DNA of 62,801 bases from Chara braunii (Eukaryota; Plantae; Charophyceae): positions 3,021,721 through 3,084,521 of the forward strand of contig BFEA01000001.1 in assembly GCA_003427395.1 (NCBI GenBank), written 5' to 3'. This document shows, piece after piece, positions 9,962 through 23,829 of this stretch. The notes under the pieces were generated by a model. The model saw only the letters and a list, made by a program, of their open reading frames with translations, did no database searches and was not told the origin of the DNA. The translations under genes and the position numbers were made by a program. Numbering within the stretch: position 1 is the first letter of the stretch; the number at the start of each line of letters is the position of its first letter.

Positions 9962-12900
9962 ATGGAGCTAGGTCACAGAAGAATGAGGGGGTCGGGATCC
10001 CTCATTTTTTACCAAGGGGCCATGAGGCATAACCCATGCAGGCAGTTAGCGGCATCCCCCTATGGAAGGCCAGCGACCGGAAGAACCCCCCTCTCCCGAC
10101 TGAGTCGCCTCCCACACCCAGACTTGTATCAGTCGAATCAGCATCGATGACCGAGCCTGGCCGAAGCCTTGAATCGTGGAAAAATCATGCCTGTCTCTGA
10201 AGAACTGCGACCACCCCATGCGGACGAGAGCAGGGAGGGTACCGGGTCGACATCACAAGCATCTCCCTAGGGATAAAGGGGGAGGAGGGAGGTGAAGAGG
10301 TGGAGATGGAGGAAGAAAGTGGGAGCGAGGAAGAGGAAGATGAAGAAATGCTGACGGAAGAGGAAAAAACTCAGAAAAAGGCAAACAAAAACAGACTGCT
10401 GGGATGGAACAGAGGGGAAACGAGGGGGGATTAAGGCCCTTATGGGCACAACGAGTCAGAAATACAATCCAAGAAAAATCCCTCGACATCAAACGTGACG
10501 CCCAGGGCCCACAACAAGGAATGGAAGAGACCTTAAAAGTGCCCATCCACAACCTTTCTTCGGCGAGGGCATATTTTCTAACCCTATTTCTCCTTCCCTC
10601 AGAGAATCAAGTGGTGGATCAAAAAGGGGGAAACACAGTGATGAAAACATACCCGCCCGACAAAATGGAGGCAAGGGACAAGACCTACATCAAACACGCT
10701 AGCAACTAGTTTTTCCACGGAGACGTCGCAGACAAATTAGTCAACGATAAAATCAAATGGATATGCAAACGGCTGGAGGAAATGAAAGGTAATCCAGAGG
10801 CGGTTCAAGAATTTTTCCTGATTCAGCCCCTCTCCTCCACGGTCTTCACAGTCCTTAGCCTCTTCACGAAAGATAAACAGAAGATGGACGGGTGGAAGAA
10901 AAAAAAATGGGAGAGATCAGAAGTGCGCATCCACCCGTGGGAACCCAAAAAGGTGAGCACGGAGGTGAAGAGAGAACAACTAATGAAGGATTACTTCTGG
11001 GTGGAACTGAGACATATCCTAGTGGAGGTACCGGCTGCCTTCATCTACGACTTCGGGCAGGAGTACAACATAGTAGACTTCATTGACCCGCTCCCGTCCT
11101 ACGGAGCTAAACGGGAAGACTATTTGATGCTAGCATTGGATCTACCCAAATATCGGCCTTTCTCGATAGATGACATCATCCCCTAGGAGGCGGGGTCTTC
11201 CAAATCCGTACAGCGCATAAGTTCCGACCATGGTGCTTTAAATGCAGAGCTTATGGACACCTGAGCACGGAGTCTGCTTGTCCCCTTCACCCCAACAAGA
11301 GGGGCCCAATGGCGGGCCGGCTCCAGCGAGACCCACGCAGACCCAATAGATGGCATGCAGTGGATCAGGGCCACAAAGGGTGGGTATTCCTAGAGGACTT
11401 AGACCCCGAAGGGCAGGCAAAGGGTTGGACCTGGGAAGGGCGAGGAGACCCCTGTCGGACCACTAGGCCACCAAACGACTGGACCCCGCCCCCAATGAAA
11501 ATGTTTAAAGCACCGGAGAAAACCCTGCTACCTAAAAGGCCCCTAGAAACCGGAAGGCAAGACCCCAAGCTGCCGTCACCGCAAGGGAGAGAAAAGCAAA
11601 CAAAACGGCGACCCGGACAACCCCATGAGAAACAAGCACTTCAAGGAACCGAAACACAAGAGGCCCACAACCCAAAAGACCTGTTTGAGGAAGCTTTCGG
11701 CCCTGAGCCAATGGAAATTGAAACCATTCCCGGAGCAACCCCTCCACCAGATGTAGAAATGGAAGAGGCTCAGGAGCCGGAAACAACCCGGACAGCACAC
11801 GCAGTAGCAACAAATGCAGAGAAAGACAACAGCATACGAGGGTTGACCCTACAGGAAGTAGCGGAATGGCTGATGGAAAACCTCCGCTTGGAATTTGGAA
11901 ACGGAAACGAGGAATTTTAGGATGAGGTATATAGAGACCTGGTGCCCCTACTGGAAAGCAGCACAAGTCTATATAAAGCTCTGACTCTGGGCCTGCCGGA
12001 GGGGGCATGCTGGTCATATATCTGTCACAAACTGCTACACATTGTACTTACCCGTTTCCACCCCCCTGTCACAAACTGCTACACATTGTACTTACCCGTT
12101 TCCACCCCCCTACTCCTGAATAGGCCCCCGGGGAAAAGGACGTCCACACAGATATATACAAAAAAGACGTTCAGACAGATATACACCAAAGGTCCTCACA
12201 GCCCTGCAACAACATAACTGAGGAGGACGTAGAAACAAATATGCACAACCACACAACTGTTGAAAAACAGATGGACCAGCCGGGTACACCAGACGGCCAA
12301 GACGAGGAGCAGCAACACAAAGATAAAAGGGAGGAACAGAGAGCGGAACTAGAGAAGGAGGAACAACTGTGTAGCCAGTCAGACGAGACAAAAAGTATGG
12401 TAAAGGAAAGGGAGGCCAATAAGGACCAGGACCCAGCCCCTCAAACCAGGGACGCAAAAGCGCCAGAAGAACTATGTCTGGCGCTGGTGGCCTGGGATCC
12501 AGCCACACCAAGGTCACAACCTGACTCCCATGAACCCCCTCCCCCCCCGAAACCTCCAGAGGTTGCCCTCACCAGCAGAAGACAAAAAATCCGCCACCTG
12601 CTAGAGAAGGTCCCCCTCGTGGCGCCCTCTGACAAGAGCGTAACATTCCTTCCAGTGGCAAAAAAATGGGGTATGGGAAATGGGACTGTCGGTACCTCCA
12701 GAAGCAGTGCACGGAGAAGTCTCCCTCCAAGGGCGTTCATCCTTCTTCCTCTCACTAACATCCTGGGCCGAACGCCCGGGCCTTCGAAAGCATGATATTT
12801 CCCAATTGATTCAGAGCCATCTACCGGGAGGAGCCTCCTCCGCCTTGGTGATCTCTCATGGACATAACAAATTTGGAACCAGGGATATCTACTTGCGCTA

Positions 12901-13068
12901 TGACCACTCGAGAACAGAAGAGCTGCGCTGGCTGGATAGGGAGACCCTCTTGGATCTACAAATTTAAAAAATAAAGCCTGGCGACCTCTGGTCAGCAACG
13001 AAGATTGAAGCCTTCTTGGTGAAACTACTCAGGAAGGACATACTGCAAAAAGGCAGCATCTTGGATTA
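9962..13068 (+). pseudogene. LINE ORF1 remnant (~3 kb, acidic/Pro-rich, many stops; boundaries approximate)
   Basis: Chain of + ORFs (10404, 10782, 11309, 12241, 12680) upstream of the endonuclease inside the TSD-bounded LINE. Confidence 0.6.
12023..12110 (+). repeat. Perfect 44-bp tandem duplication in LINE ORF1
   Basis: TGTCACAAACTGC...TTCCACCCCCC twice (12023-12066, 12067-12110). Confidence 0.9.
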
Positions 13069-13138
13069 AAAAAAAAAAAACATCACACACATCCTGCGAA
13101 ATAAGAATACATACACAGACAACAGAAATAACAAAAGG

Positions 13139-16100
13139 ATGAATGTGGTAGACGCACTATACGGCAAGGATAAAACCTGAAAACTCTGTAAACGACAAGC
13201 AGGCCTCGACCTGCGTTCACTCAATATAAACGGACAGGAGTAGAGGGGAGGGACTGGCCGGATGTCGTATGCCTGCAAGAAACCCGACCTCATGGACAAT
13301 CCAGAACACAATCACATACTCGAAGAGATCTGGCCACATCAGGCCTTCCGCGCCCACGCCCCGCGACCCGGAAGCGGTGGAGTCGCCATATGGCTCCCCC
13401 CTGGTTCAAAAGTGGAGATGCTCAACTGGCCGGCGGACCGAGATGAAGGCAGATGGGTCTATTTACTAGCGATGTTGGAATTGAAAGTGGTAAGCATCCT
13501 GAACATTTATGTCCCCAACGACCCAGCGACAAGATAAGCCTTCTTTGAGTCTCTAAAGGACAAATTACCGGTTGGCATCCCCACGATTTTGGTGGGGGAT
13601 TTCAATGCAGCTCCGGACCGCTGGTTGGATAGATGGAAAATCCCATCACCCTGTCCAATTTACATGGAAAATGACGAGAGAATACTCGTTGAACTCCTCA
13701 CAATCCCTCAACCTCTTCGACACCTTTCGGAGGAGCTACCCCACCGCGCGTCATTTTACGTGTTACCGCAAGAACACTACGGAGAGAGCATCGAAGTCAC
13801 GCATAGACTTGATACTAATTTCAAAAGAATTACAAGGGACCCTTCAAATATCAGAGATATTCCCCAGTAGCCCCCACCCGGGCCTGGACCACGCGATGTG
13901 TCTCGCCATCTTCTCATTCAGGAGAAAACCTGATCAAGGAAGGGGCTTTTACAAGCTCAATACATCCCTCTTATCCAACGATCGTTTCACTTACTACCTA
14001 AAGGATGTGTGGTCCTTTTGGAAAGAACATAGATACCACATCAGCGACGACATATTATGGTTCAATAACGGTCTTGCTTTTTTAGGCCGCAAGTGCAACG
14101 AATACTCAAAGCTACTCGCGGCGCTCCGTCACGCCGAGGAGGTGAAACTACAACATTAACTACGACAATTGAAATCGCAGGAAGATGAAATCGACGACCT
14201 TCAACAGCAAGCGGAGATAGTTAAGACCATCTAGACTTTAGAAGACCAATTCATGAATCACATGGAACGCAGGTGGCAAGGAGTCAGGATCCGGGGCAAA
14301 CTTTCCAAACACAATATGAAAGGAGCAATGGACGCAAGGTTCCTTGCAATGGCCAAGGCCAATTGAGGCATTGGAAGACCAAAAACGCCACCAATGGCCC
14401 CTCCACACATCTACTGCAGCCTGCACGAAGATAGCGAGAGATTTTTATCATACATTATTTACTTCAGAATGTCGGGACCAAGATAGAGTGAAACGCGCCG
14501 GGGAGATAGATGTAATTTTGCGCCCACTAAATAAAACCCTCTCAGAACAACAAAGGGAAATTCTTGACATACCCATATCAAAGGAGGAGATATGCAAGGC
14601 ACTGAAGCAAATGGAAGAGGAAGAAACTGCAAGCTTAGACGGGCTACCTAAAGAATTATGGGAAGCCATGTGGGTTAGTATCTCACAAGATCTCATGGAT
14701 TACTACCACGTGGTTTGGAGCACGGGACAGATAGGCGAATTAGTGGGGTAAGGAGTGTTGACGCTCCTCTATAAGAAGGGGGCAAGGACCAGTATCAAGA
14801 ACTACATGCCTATTACCCTGCTCACAGTGGTCTACAAGTTGATAGCGAAAACACTGGCTAACCGTATGACACAAATGATGACGGACATCATTCACCCTAG
14901 GGCAGAAATATTCAAGACAACATTCTCCTAGTTAATGAGATGATCAAGCTAACAAGGCAATCCAAAAAAAATGCAGCAATCATCTTTATCGACTTCGAAA
15001 AAGCGTATGACTATGTAGATTGGTTCTTTCTTGACAAGTGCTGAAAAAACTCAATTTTGGGATATGCTTCAGATGTTGGATTGAGATTCTCCACGCGAAT
15101 GCAACAACCAGGGTCATGGTAAACGGTAATCTGGCCCCCCCTATTAGCCTCCAGAGGTCAGTCAGACAAGGAGACCCTATAACAACCTACCTTTTCGTCA
15201 TTGTCATGGAGGCACTAGCCGCCAACCTAAGGGCCTACAAAGACATCAAAAGAATTCAAGTTGCAGCAATAACCAGGGAGGCAATCCCGGTGTGCTCCTT
15301 GTTTGCCGATGACCTAACACTGATGGTGGACGCATCAAGAGAGTCAATGGAAGTGGTGCAACACATGATGGATCACTTCTGTAAACTGTCAGATATGAAA
15401 GTTAACTGGGGAAACAAAACCCTGGGATGGTGGATACACCACCAAGGAGTGAGACCCCCAGAACAACCTATAATCAATTGGCTCCCCAAGGAAGCCCCCA
15501 TTAGAGTGTTGGGAATCTCCATGACGACAGAGGGCAGACCACCAATAAACAATAATTGGATTTCTACGCCGCCCCTGGCCAAAATGGCCCTTTGGAGAGA
15601 CAAACATACCTCACTGTTTGGATGTGCTCTGATTATTAACAACGTGGTTCTGACCTCGATGTGGTACAAATCTGCTATTTGGGCATTGGATACGAATGCC
15701 TTACGCCCACTGTGGCGTCAGAAAACCGCCTTTCTGTGTCGGGGAGACCACGAGAAATATAATGTAATTAGTCGGGTAGCATGGCATTCCATAATCCAAC
15801 CTAGAACATTGGAGGCTTTGGCATTACCGACCCCTTGATACAAACTAAGGCGCTGGCACTACAATGGCTTAAAAGCCTTTTGTTTAATCCTGATGTCCCC
15901 TGGAGAGGGTTAACCATGGAACAAATCTCCAGGTTAGCACCACAAACACCGGCTGAGACCGACCCACTAACGTGGTTGGAAAACAGGGGATGACCCATCC
16001 CAGGAGCGAGATCGCAACAAAGGGACCCCCGTCCCGACTGCCCCAGGCAAGCAGTCAGGGCTGACTTACGAAATGATCCCTTCTGGCCCACCCTTCTCAA

Positions 16101-17653
16101 AACATGGAGAAGTCTCTCCTTTCCGGACAAGACATCGCTAGAGAGATGGGAGCAGGTGGCACGCCAACCCCTCTTTGGAAACAGATGGGTGGTGGACTTG
16201 AAGGGCCAAATGCTCCTTTGCACGGACCCCCCCTGGCAGAGTTGGGTGAAGCGAGGGAATATAAGGATAAAGGGTATATGGGACACTGATAAGAAGGACT
16301 GGATTGGAACTGACCAGCTACGAGAGAGACTGGGGTACTACCACCGACCATACGAAGCCCTGGAAACGCTGATAGAAATGATCCCACTAGCATGGTGGAG
16401 AATACTCCGTAAGGGCCCTACCTTGCAAGAATCGGACTGGTAGAAGTTAGAAATCGGCAAGGAAGTGTGGGCAGGGTAGTCCGCTGCTCCCCGGATGGAG
16501 CAGTAGCGGTGCAACTCTCTCCAGTGAGGCAAAACAATGTCATCCAAAAAAGCTCACCAAACGAAATGCTAACATGTCAAATAGAGGAGGTATATAGAAT
16601 CAAAGTACTCCATGAAAATGAGCAATGGATAGCCTACTACCTCGGTACCCTCCTTCATCATCTAGCCCTGGACCCGTTGGAGTGGTCATGGTCGGCCCAA
16701 GGAAGGCAAGGTAAGAAATTCATCAAGTCCCTACATGCCTTAACAGTCAAATCAACCTACAGGCTCCTAAGACCAAAAGTTGCTCTGTGTGACCAGGTGG
16801 AGGAGCGGTGGAGAGACCACCTGAACATCATCAAAGAGGAGTTGAGACCAATTAGATGGTTCAGGATGGCCAAGGCAAAGTCGGCCAAACTGGCCTCACT
16901 TCAATGGCAACTAGAGCACCGTTGTCTTCCAACAAATAACTGGTTGATAAATAGAACGTCTCTGGAACAAAGAAGGCAAGCTCTCCCATGGTGCAAGTTG
17001 TGCACAAAACGGCCAGATACAATTGAACATATATTCCTCCAATGACCGGGTGCACTCTGGCTGTGGAGATGGTGGGATAGAGTGTGGGAACAACTAGGAA
17101 CAAAGGCCCAGTGGCCCTGGGGCGGAAAGCCTTGTTGTGTGAAGCCTGGCCCAAGGACGAGATAGACCAGATAGACGAATTCACCAGAAATATGTTCAGG
17201 ATGGGACGGCGGGCGATTCTCTGGGCACTTTGGAGACGACACTGCACCTTCGAGATGGAGGGGGCGATATTGGAAGGACCCGAATTTACAGAAAGTGTCC
17301 AGCAACAGATCCAGTTAGAAATAACCGCAAAATGGAATGGAGTCAGAGCACAAATCCAACTCCTCGACAGGCGAAAAGACATCGAACAAAAAATCCAGGA
17401 ATTTAGCTCAAGCTGGCTTGGGGGCGCAAACGGAGGGAGGATAAGAACAATGGAATGGAATGGAGAATACACAGCACCAGGGGAGGACCAACGAGGAATG
17501 AAGATAGTAAGAGACTATCAATTGAGGTTCCACGAATGGACCAAAGTGGATGTAGCGATCCCATTGAAACCCCCTGAAGAATTCCCGGACTTCTTCCCCC
17601 CCCCATCAAATTGTCTAGTGGAAATGAAGTGGTACGGAATGGATTTTGCATAG
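13139..17653 (+). pseudogene. LINE ORF2: APE endonuclease, reverse transcriptase, C-terminal zinc finger
   Basis: SLNING, GGVAI, NIYVPN, VGDFN, SRIDLIL, GLDH; DFEKAYD, VRQGDP, LFADDL; CKLC...DTIEHIFLQ. Confidence 0.93.
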
Positions 17654-18034
17654 CACTAGTTCTGGCACCATAATGGATGGTGAAGAGACGCGGTAGCTAT
17701 AAAAAGGGTAGGTGGGGAGGCGGAGGGACTAGTTTGTAGTAGTAGGTATCTGGCGCCCGTTTCAGGGCGAAGAGGTTTGCTCCCCTTTTCCAATAGCCTG
17801 CTCAGTCAATCCCCTGGATTCCAGGGTAATCAATGCTAGCAGGAGCCCCTTACTTTCTTCCCTACATACTCTAAATTCATTTTGTATATGGGACGCTGGA
17901 CCCGTTTTCCAGCAGGTGATGCTCCCCACCAATAGATGGAGCCTCTCCCCAGGTGCTAGTGGTGTCTACTCTTATCAGCGCCACTATCACCGAAGGGGCG
18001 CCTTTTTCAAAAAAAAAAAAAAAAAAAAAAAAAA

Positions 18035-19740
18035 GGAATGATGTTGCTGGAGTAAGTAGGTGCGACCCTGGGACTATTGGGGTATCAAACGTCTGCCTGA
18101 TGCATGAGTGTGTTGATTTCTTCTTTTTTTCCCCAACCCTCACCAATCCCTGGGCTACGAGTGAGCGTGGGGGATCGTCGCTGACTTTTCTCTCTCTCCC
18201 CTCGCGCGTGCAAGCGCCACGTGTGGGTTTGTCCCTCGTTCAATTGGGCTGATCGCCGACAACCAGGGACATCGGGCGCGGGCGTTTCGTCGACCCGCCC
18301 GATCTCTTGGCTACCCGGCCATAACCTTTTTGTCCTAGCAACGATTTTGTGACTAACGACACTGTGTCTCTGAACTTGCATTTTTTATAAGTGGGATGGA
18401 GCGGGGCAAGGCCCGTTGAGATTTGTATGGACTCGAGATTCACTACGCTTAACATGAGCGCGAGTGATTGTTCGCGCTCAACCCTCTCGTCAATCCTCCA
18501 TAACACCCTTCCGCCTTTTCCGATTGTAGACGAGGACACTGTGTACTACGATTCCGATGTGCGAAGCGTGTTGTTGCGGGTCGACCAGGTTCATCTATAA
18601 AACCCGTCTAAGGCATGTCACATAGGAGGAAGTGGGTTTATTGTGGTCGATCGATTTTCTTCCCCGTCCCTGAGCTTGCCTTACACTAATTTGACGGTGC
18701 TGCCTTGGTTGACTGCTCACACCACGTGGAGGCTCGAGTTTAGCTGTCGTTGGTGTCGACAGGGAGACTCATGTTCCTGGCGAAGGCTGGTGCTAGGGTA
18801 CGAAGGTTCGGTTCATTTCCCATAATTCTTTCGCAATGCGGGGGCCCTACCGGCGAGCTTCCACCCCGGGGTTCCCCCAGCCCCGCTCGGATCTGACGAC
18901 AAGACTCCATGCCGACCTCTCGGACTTGAAGAATCGGACTTGAAGGCCTAGAGTCCCCCTATCTCTTGGGTCCTTACAACAAAGACTGGCGTGAACCTGG
19001 TGTGAGAGAAATGATAGATTCTGTGTCTTCCCTTTTCTTTTTCTTGTCGTCATTTTTTTTTGCGGCTAACTGTTGAGTCACACTTTGCCCCTAGGCCCAC
19101 GGCGGAGAGGAATTTTGTTTGTACCCCGCACCCCGACCCAACTTGCCCTTCGAGTGTTCTTGTTTTTCCATTTTGAACCATCTCTCTCGTCCTAGATTTT
19201 GAAGCAACCTCCGCACTGAGGCAAGAATCCCCCATTTTGTTCAAGCAATATAACCCTCACCCAAAATCCTCGCCACGCCCCAATTACTCTAATCGGCGTC
19301 TCTCGGTACGAAACGTCGCGTGGGGTGTGAGCTTCGTATCAAAGCTGATTCGTTTCAGCTCCGAAGTTTCCTTGACAAGACCACAGTTTCGAAAGGTTGG
19401 CACAAAGGCGTCCTCGATTGACCAATGCTAATCAAAACCTAACGAGGAGCTGATCTCGACGACAACCCCAAGCTATGGCGGTGTTGAGCGCATCGACTCC
19501 AACTTTTTTTCGCAAAAGGCAAGAGCCCTCCTGGCCATATCACGCAAGAGTAAAAACAGAAACACAAACAAGAGACAATTTGAAGATGTCTCTGAAGTAG
19601 TCTCGCGAACCGTCGAGGCGGACGAGATTGCGTCGTCCCTTCGCCGCTGTAGCCGGGTGCCCCAACCGTACTTCTCACGGTCCCTTACGACAGGATAGGC
19701 TCCCACGGGGCATAACTTACCTTCCCTGAGGGGTTGTCAC
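18035..19740 (+). repeat. Long LTR-like repeat, copy A, right part (right boundary uncertain)
   Basis: 18090-18580 is homologous to 51860-52270; resumes exactly at the LINE TSD. Confidence 0.55.
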
Positions 19741-21919
19741 CACCCTCAGGGGCGTATCCCTACCGAGCTACTGACCCACCTACAAAAGCTTCTAAATGCA
19801 ATTGCAGAGGTAGGTCAACCGAGGGCGTTTGCTCACTCATTGTAGTACAGGTACGCTTGGTTAAACACCAAGTGAACCTGAACGTCGCTCGCTCCTTAGG
19901 GCGTCGATCTCCAAAGTACGAAGCGCACGCCGGTCGACGTGGATGTTCCCAACCAAGTGTGCACCCACAAGTATCCTAGTCCCTTAGACATACGACTTAG
20001 AGAAGAAATTATCACCGAAGTTAACTCCATTAGACCGGATCGATCAAAGCTGGTAAGAAACCATCCGTTGTAAAAAATAACTCGTACGACAAAATGGATA
20101 ATTGCGGTTCCATTTCGACGCGAGAGTCCGAAAGATAATTATAAGTCTTCAATTATCATAAGGCGGAACACCAACCAAAATAATGTCAGTCGAATCCTGC
20201 AGATGCGAACACGACAATTCAAGTCATCACGAGGTTTGAATTTATAAGACAATTGTCAAGGTAGTCAAACTATCATAGTTTTGACTTGATGAGCTGAGCC
20301 GCCAAAGATTTTTCATTTCATTCCTACATTGACCGAAGACAAAGCATACACTCATGTCACCCCTTGTCAATAACCTTCTTGGATGACAGACTGCTTTGCA
20401 GATGATTCTTGATCAGGTGCATTACTCAAAGTGTTGCATGTCCCACCCTTTAGGAAGTGGTCTGGGTACTCCTCCTCGCCTGAGCACAAGACTCGGATCT
20501 TATAAATTGGGTCGTCTCCAAGGAGTCGGCAAAGTACCCCCCCGTAGAACGGTCTACTATAGGTCGATAACAGGGTCGGTTCCCAAAGCAACGAAGCCCC
20601 GCCCCAAATACTTCCTTGAAAGAGAGAAAGCGGGTTCACCGTGTCTAGATTTTAGTCGTTCTCATCTTCCATAAACTCAAGGTAATTCAGACGAAAAGAG
20701 TCAGAGGCGGTAGAAAATGGGAAACATTTGGACAGGTATAGGAAAATAAGGCCATTAGGACACAAAGATTAACCTTGGGATAAAGACTAAATCCATTTAG
20801 TTTTGTCTTCTTTATTTGAATCAATTTTTTTTTACGGCGTCTATTAAATTAACCATTTTCAAAACACAAGTGTTTTTTACAAGCAGGCAGGCAATAGGTA
20901 GGAAGAAAACAATCATTTTCACCAGTCCTAAGTAGGCACAACTAATTCTCTTTGCAAGCATCCTTTTGCCTACCTGCACACTCAAAAACAACCAACAAGT
21001 TCAGAAAATCCAGCAACCCATACTCCCGTCATATCTCACTTGTTCATATGCATGACCACTCACGCTTTACTCAACCCTTCCCTTTTGAAGATTCAGAAAA
21101 AACATGGCCAAGCAAAGTGTGGGTTCACACAGGTATGAAAAGGAATCTGAGTCAATCAACTGACCTTGAGTGAAGTAGTGTCAAATGCGCCTTGGATCAC
21201 TCAAGAAAACCAAAAAAAAAAAGTGTCATCGAAGAAAACTACAGCCTCGAGGCAATCTTGGATCAACCAGTAATCCCAATCCATCCTTGAGTCGTACATT
21301 GTGCACGTTGCAGTCCCAAGTGTGAAGATGGCGAACCACACACGTCCCAAAAAAAATCACTGGTCCCACGTTAGTGCCAATTGGTCCCAAGTAGTCACAA
21401 ACGCTCCTAGGTGGTCCTGCACTATCTTTTCCAGCACCCTACAAAGTCACCCGCCAGAACTGCTTTCACCATGCCTCCAAAAAATAAAATACAAGAGTTT
21501 GAACTATATCGGCACCGCCAGTCTCGCTCACGCGTTCGTACTGGTCCCAACGGTCTCACTAGACCAAAGCCAAAGACCCAACTGCCACCAACGAGTATAC
21601 ATAAAAACATAATGTGCCATTCAACCTTGACTAGCCTGGTCGAACACGCAGGCTATCGCCGGTACATTCACTCCACGTTACAAAACCCACTAACACAAAT
21701 GAACCATGGACCTCGCTGCTCGTCGTGCTGCCGCAACAATTTCACTGCATTTCACCCATCAGATGACGTTGACGGCGATCACCTCGACGCACCAAAAATA
21801 TCAAAACCTTCCCTCCCATTAGTGTAACTTGACAATCCACAATTTCTGCTGCATAATACTACAAAAATTACCACCGTCGATGCCAAAACAAATCGACAGC
21901 ATATCCCAAAAAAATTGGA

Positions 21920-23829
21920 ATTAATAAAATTTGGGCTCTAGACAGAATTCAGGCCTAAAGTACAACTCCCGCCATGCCGTCCCGGTCTCGCAGTGTCCGA
22001 AAGACCCCCACACAGGGTCAGCACCAGCCAGAGGGAAATGGATCAGAGTGCTCCCTACCCTGACTATGGTTGTCCTCCTCCTCCTCTAACCTTACTATGC
22101 TACTCTAACCATGCGGAAACTCTATCCTAAACATCAACGATCGTAGTTGAAAAACCGCCAATGGCGGGCCGGGGTCCAAGTCATACTCCCTCCGCCGTGC
22201 AAGTTAAAACTACAAAATTACAGTAATACCTAATAATTCAGAATTTAAGTTACAGTAAAGGAGGATATAATAAAAGTGCAAGGAGCTGAAAAAATAATTA
22301 AAAAAATTAAAGAAGGTAAGGAAAACAACAAAACAATTGATCTTGCACAACCTACAGAGCTCTAGACCGAACACCCACTTACTGATTACAAGTTTATCAC
22401 GCTCGTGAACCGATGTCAGTGTACAGTTCAGGCACCATATTTTAGAAAACCAACTCCTAATACCTTGGAAAATTTCACCCCGAATCTGTTTGTTCATCCA
22501 ATCTTTCCCATTGAATACCTCATCGTTTCTTTCATGCCAAATGATTGCACAGATCACTGCTCTAGCAGTTTGGGCAATGTAACCCCAACCTTCTTGCAAA
22601 CTCAACCCTTTAGGGACTCCTCCAATTAATACCCATTATTTATCCCATTTAACAGAACTGTCAGAGAAATTGTCACAGTGTTCTATCCACCCTACCCAGA
22701 TTCTGTTAGAGTCTGGGCAGTCCCACCACAAGTGGGAGAGTGATTCAAAAACCCAGAGGAATCGAACGCATTTAGTGTCAATTGTCATACCATGTTGAAC
22801 CAGCCAGATCGCAGTTGGAGTGGCCGCAAAAAATATTTGATGCAACCAGAGTATTGTTGCGTGTCTCTGGTTCGGGATGTTTTTCAACTGTTTCCAACAT
22901 CTCGTTATAATTAAAGATAAGTTAGCTGGGTCACAATTTGAGAAACCTGAGATCCATCTGGATCTTTAGACAACGAGTGGGTCTTCCGTTGGAATTGACA
23001 TGTTATATCCTACCTGTTGGGTGTATTCTATCAAATGAAGGTTTTCACTATTTTTCACTTTAACTCTTCATTCCCATGTGTGTGGGTCGAGCTTAAGAGT
23101 TGCTATAGGTTTCCCTTGGGCAAATAAATAACATGAGGTATTACCTTTTGGATCTGTAAATTTTGTAACCCTTATCTACTTGAAGGAAGTACTCACTGCA
23201 AGAGTCGAGCCTTCTATTGGAATGAGTGAGGAACTATTATCACTTATTTGCCAACCCTGAAAGACGCGTTTACCATCTGGTTGGATGTCAATCAGCTTCC
23301 ATATGAGGGAAGCACTACTGTCCAGATTCACAAACCATGTTCTTGGTGGGTCTATTGCTGAGGTAGAGAGAATGTTAGTCCAAGCAACAGGGATAGCCTC
23401 AAGAATCGTGTTTCTCTTCTCTTCAATATTTCTCAGTTGGCCTAACCTTTGTCTGAGAACATGAATGGTAATCCAATCACCCATCAAATCGTCCCACATA
23501 TCAGCAATGCATAGTACACCTCTCTCAATCCAGTTTCGACTGAAACTATGGGTAGCCATATGGGCTTTAATTCATTCCCCCTCCTGAGATCTAATGTGGG
23601 GGTTTCCAAAATTTGGTTGAGATAGTATTTCAACCTCAGTAATAGGTGCTACCCAGATGTCTGGTCTCGGCTTCTTCCAAGCTGGTATAATAGACCAGTA
23701 GAAGGGAGACTTGACTTGTCTCCTTTGATAAAAAAATAGCATCAGGCAAACCCACATCATCGAGTTATCTCAAATTTTCACGAGGTAGCTGAGCCTTTGC
23801 CATTTCTAAATTTGTTCCTCTTTTATTTT
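21920..23829 (-). mobile_element. 3' fragment of a more divergent LINE (ORF2 C-terminus with zinc finger, 3' UTR)
   Basis: Minus ORFs 23176-23559 (WIERGVLCIADMWD), 22636-22887 (KCVR...ESLSHLWWDC) and 22210-22605 (IWHERND..F); truncated at an LTR-like start at 23830. Confidence 0.8.

Larger units (their letters stand above)
8697..18034 (+). mobile_element. Full-length L1/Tx1-type LINE (~9.3 kb), degenerate
   Basis: 16-bp TSD GGAATGATG(C/T)TGCTGG at 8681-8696 and 18035-18050; poly(A) 18009-18034; ORF1 plus EN-RT-zinc finger ORF2 remnants. Confidence 0.92.

Noticed and set aside
21394-21405. TCACA+AACGCT as the right end and 6-bp TSD of the LTR starting at 7625
   Set aside because: Downstream sequence does not resume LINE ORF2 and GGTCCCA motifs run across the site; likely chance
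21301-21612. BED zinc finger / transposase fragment (NHWSHV..RWSC)
   Set aside because: Cys/His spacing is incomplete and there is no supporting catalytic domain
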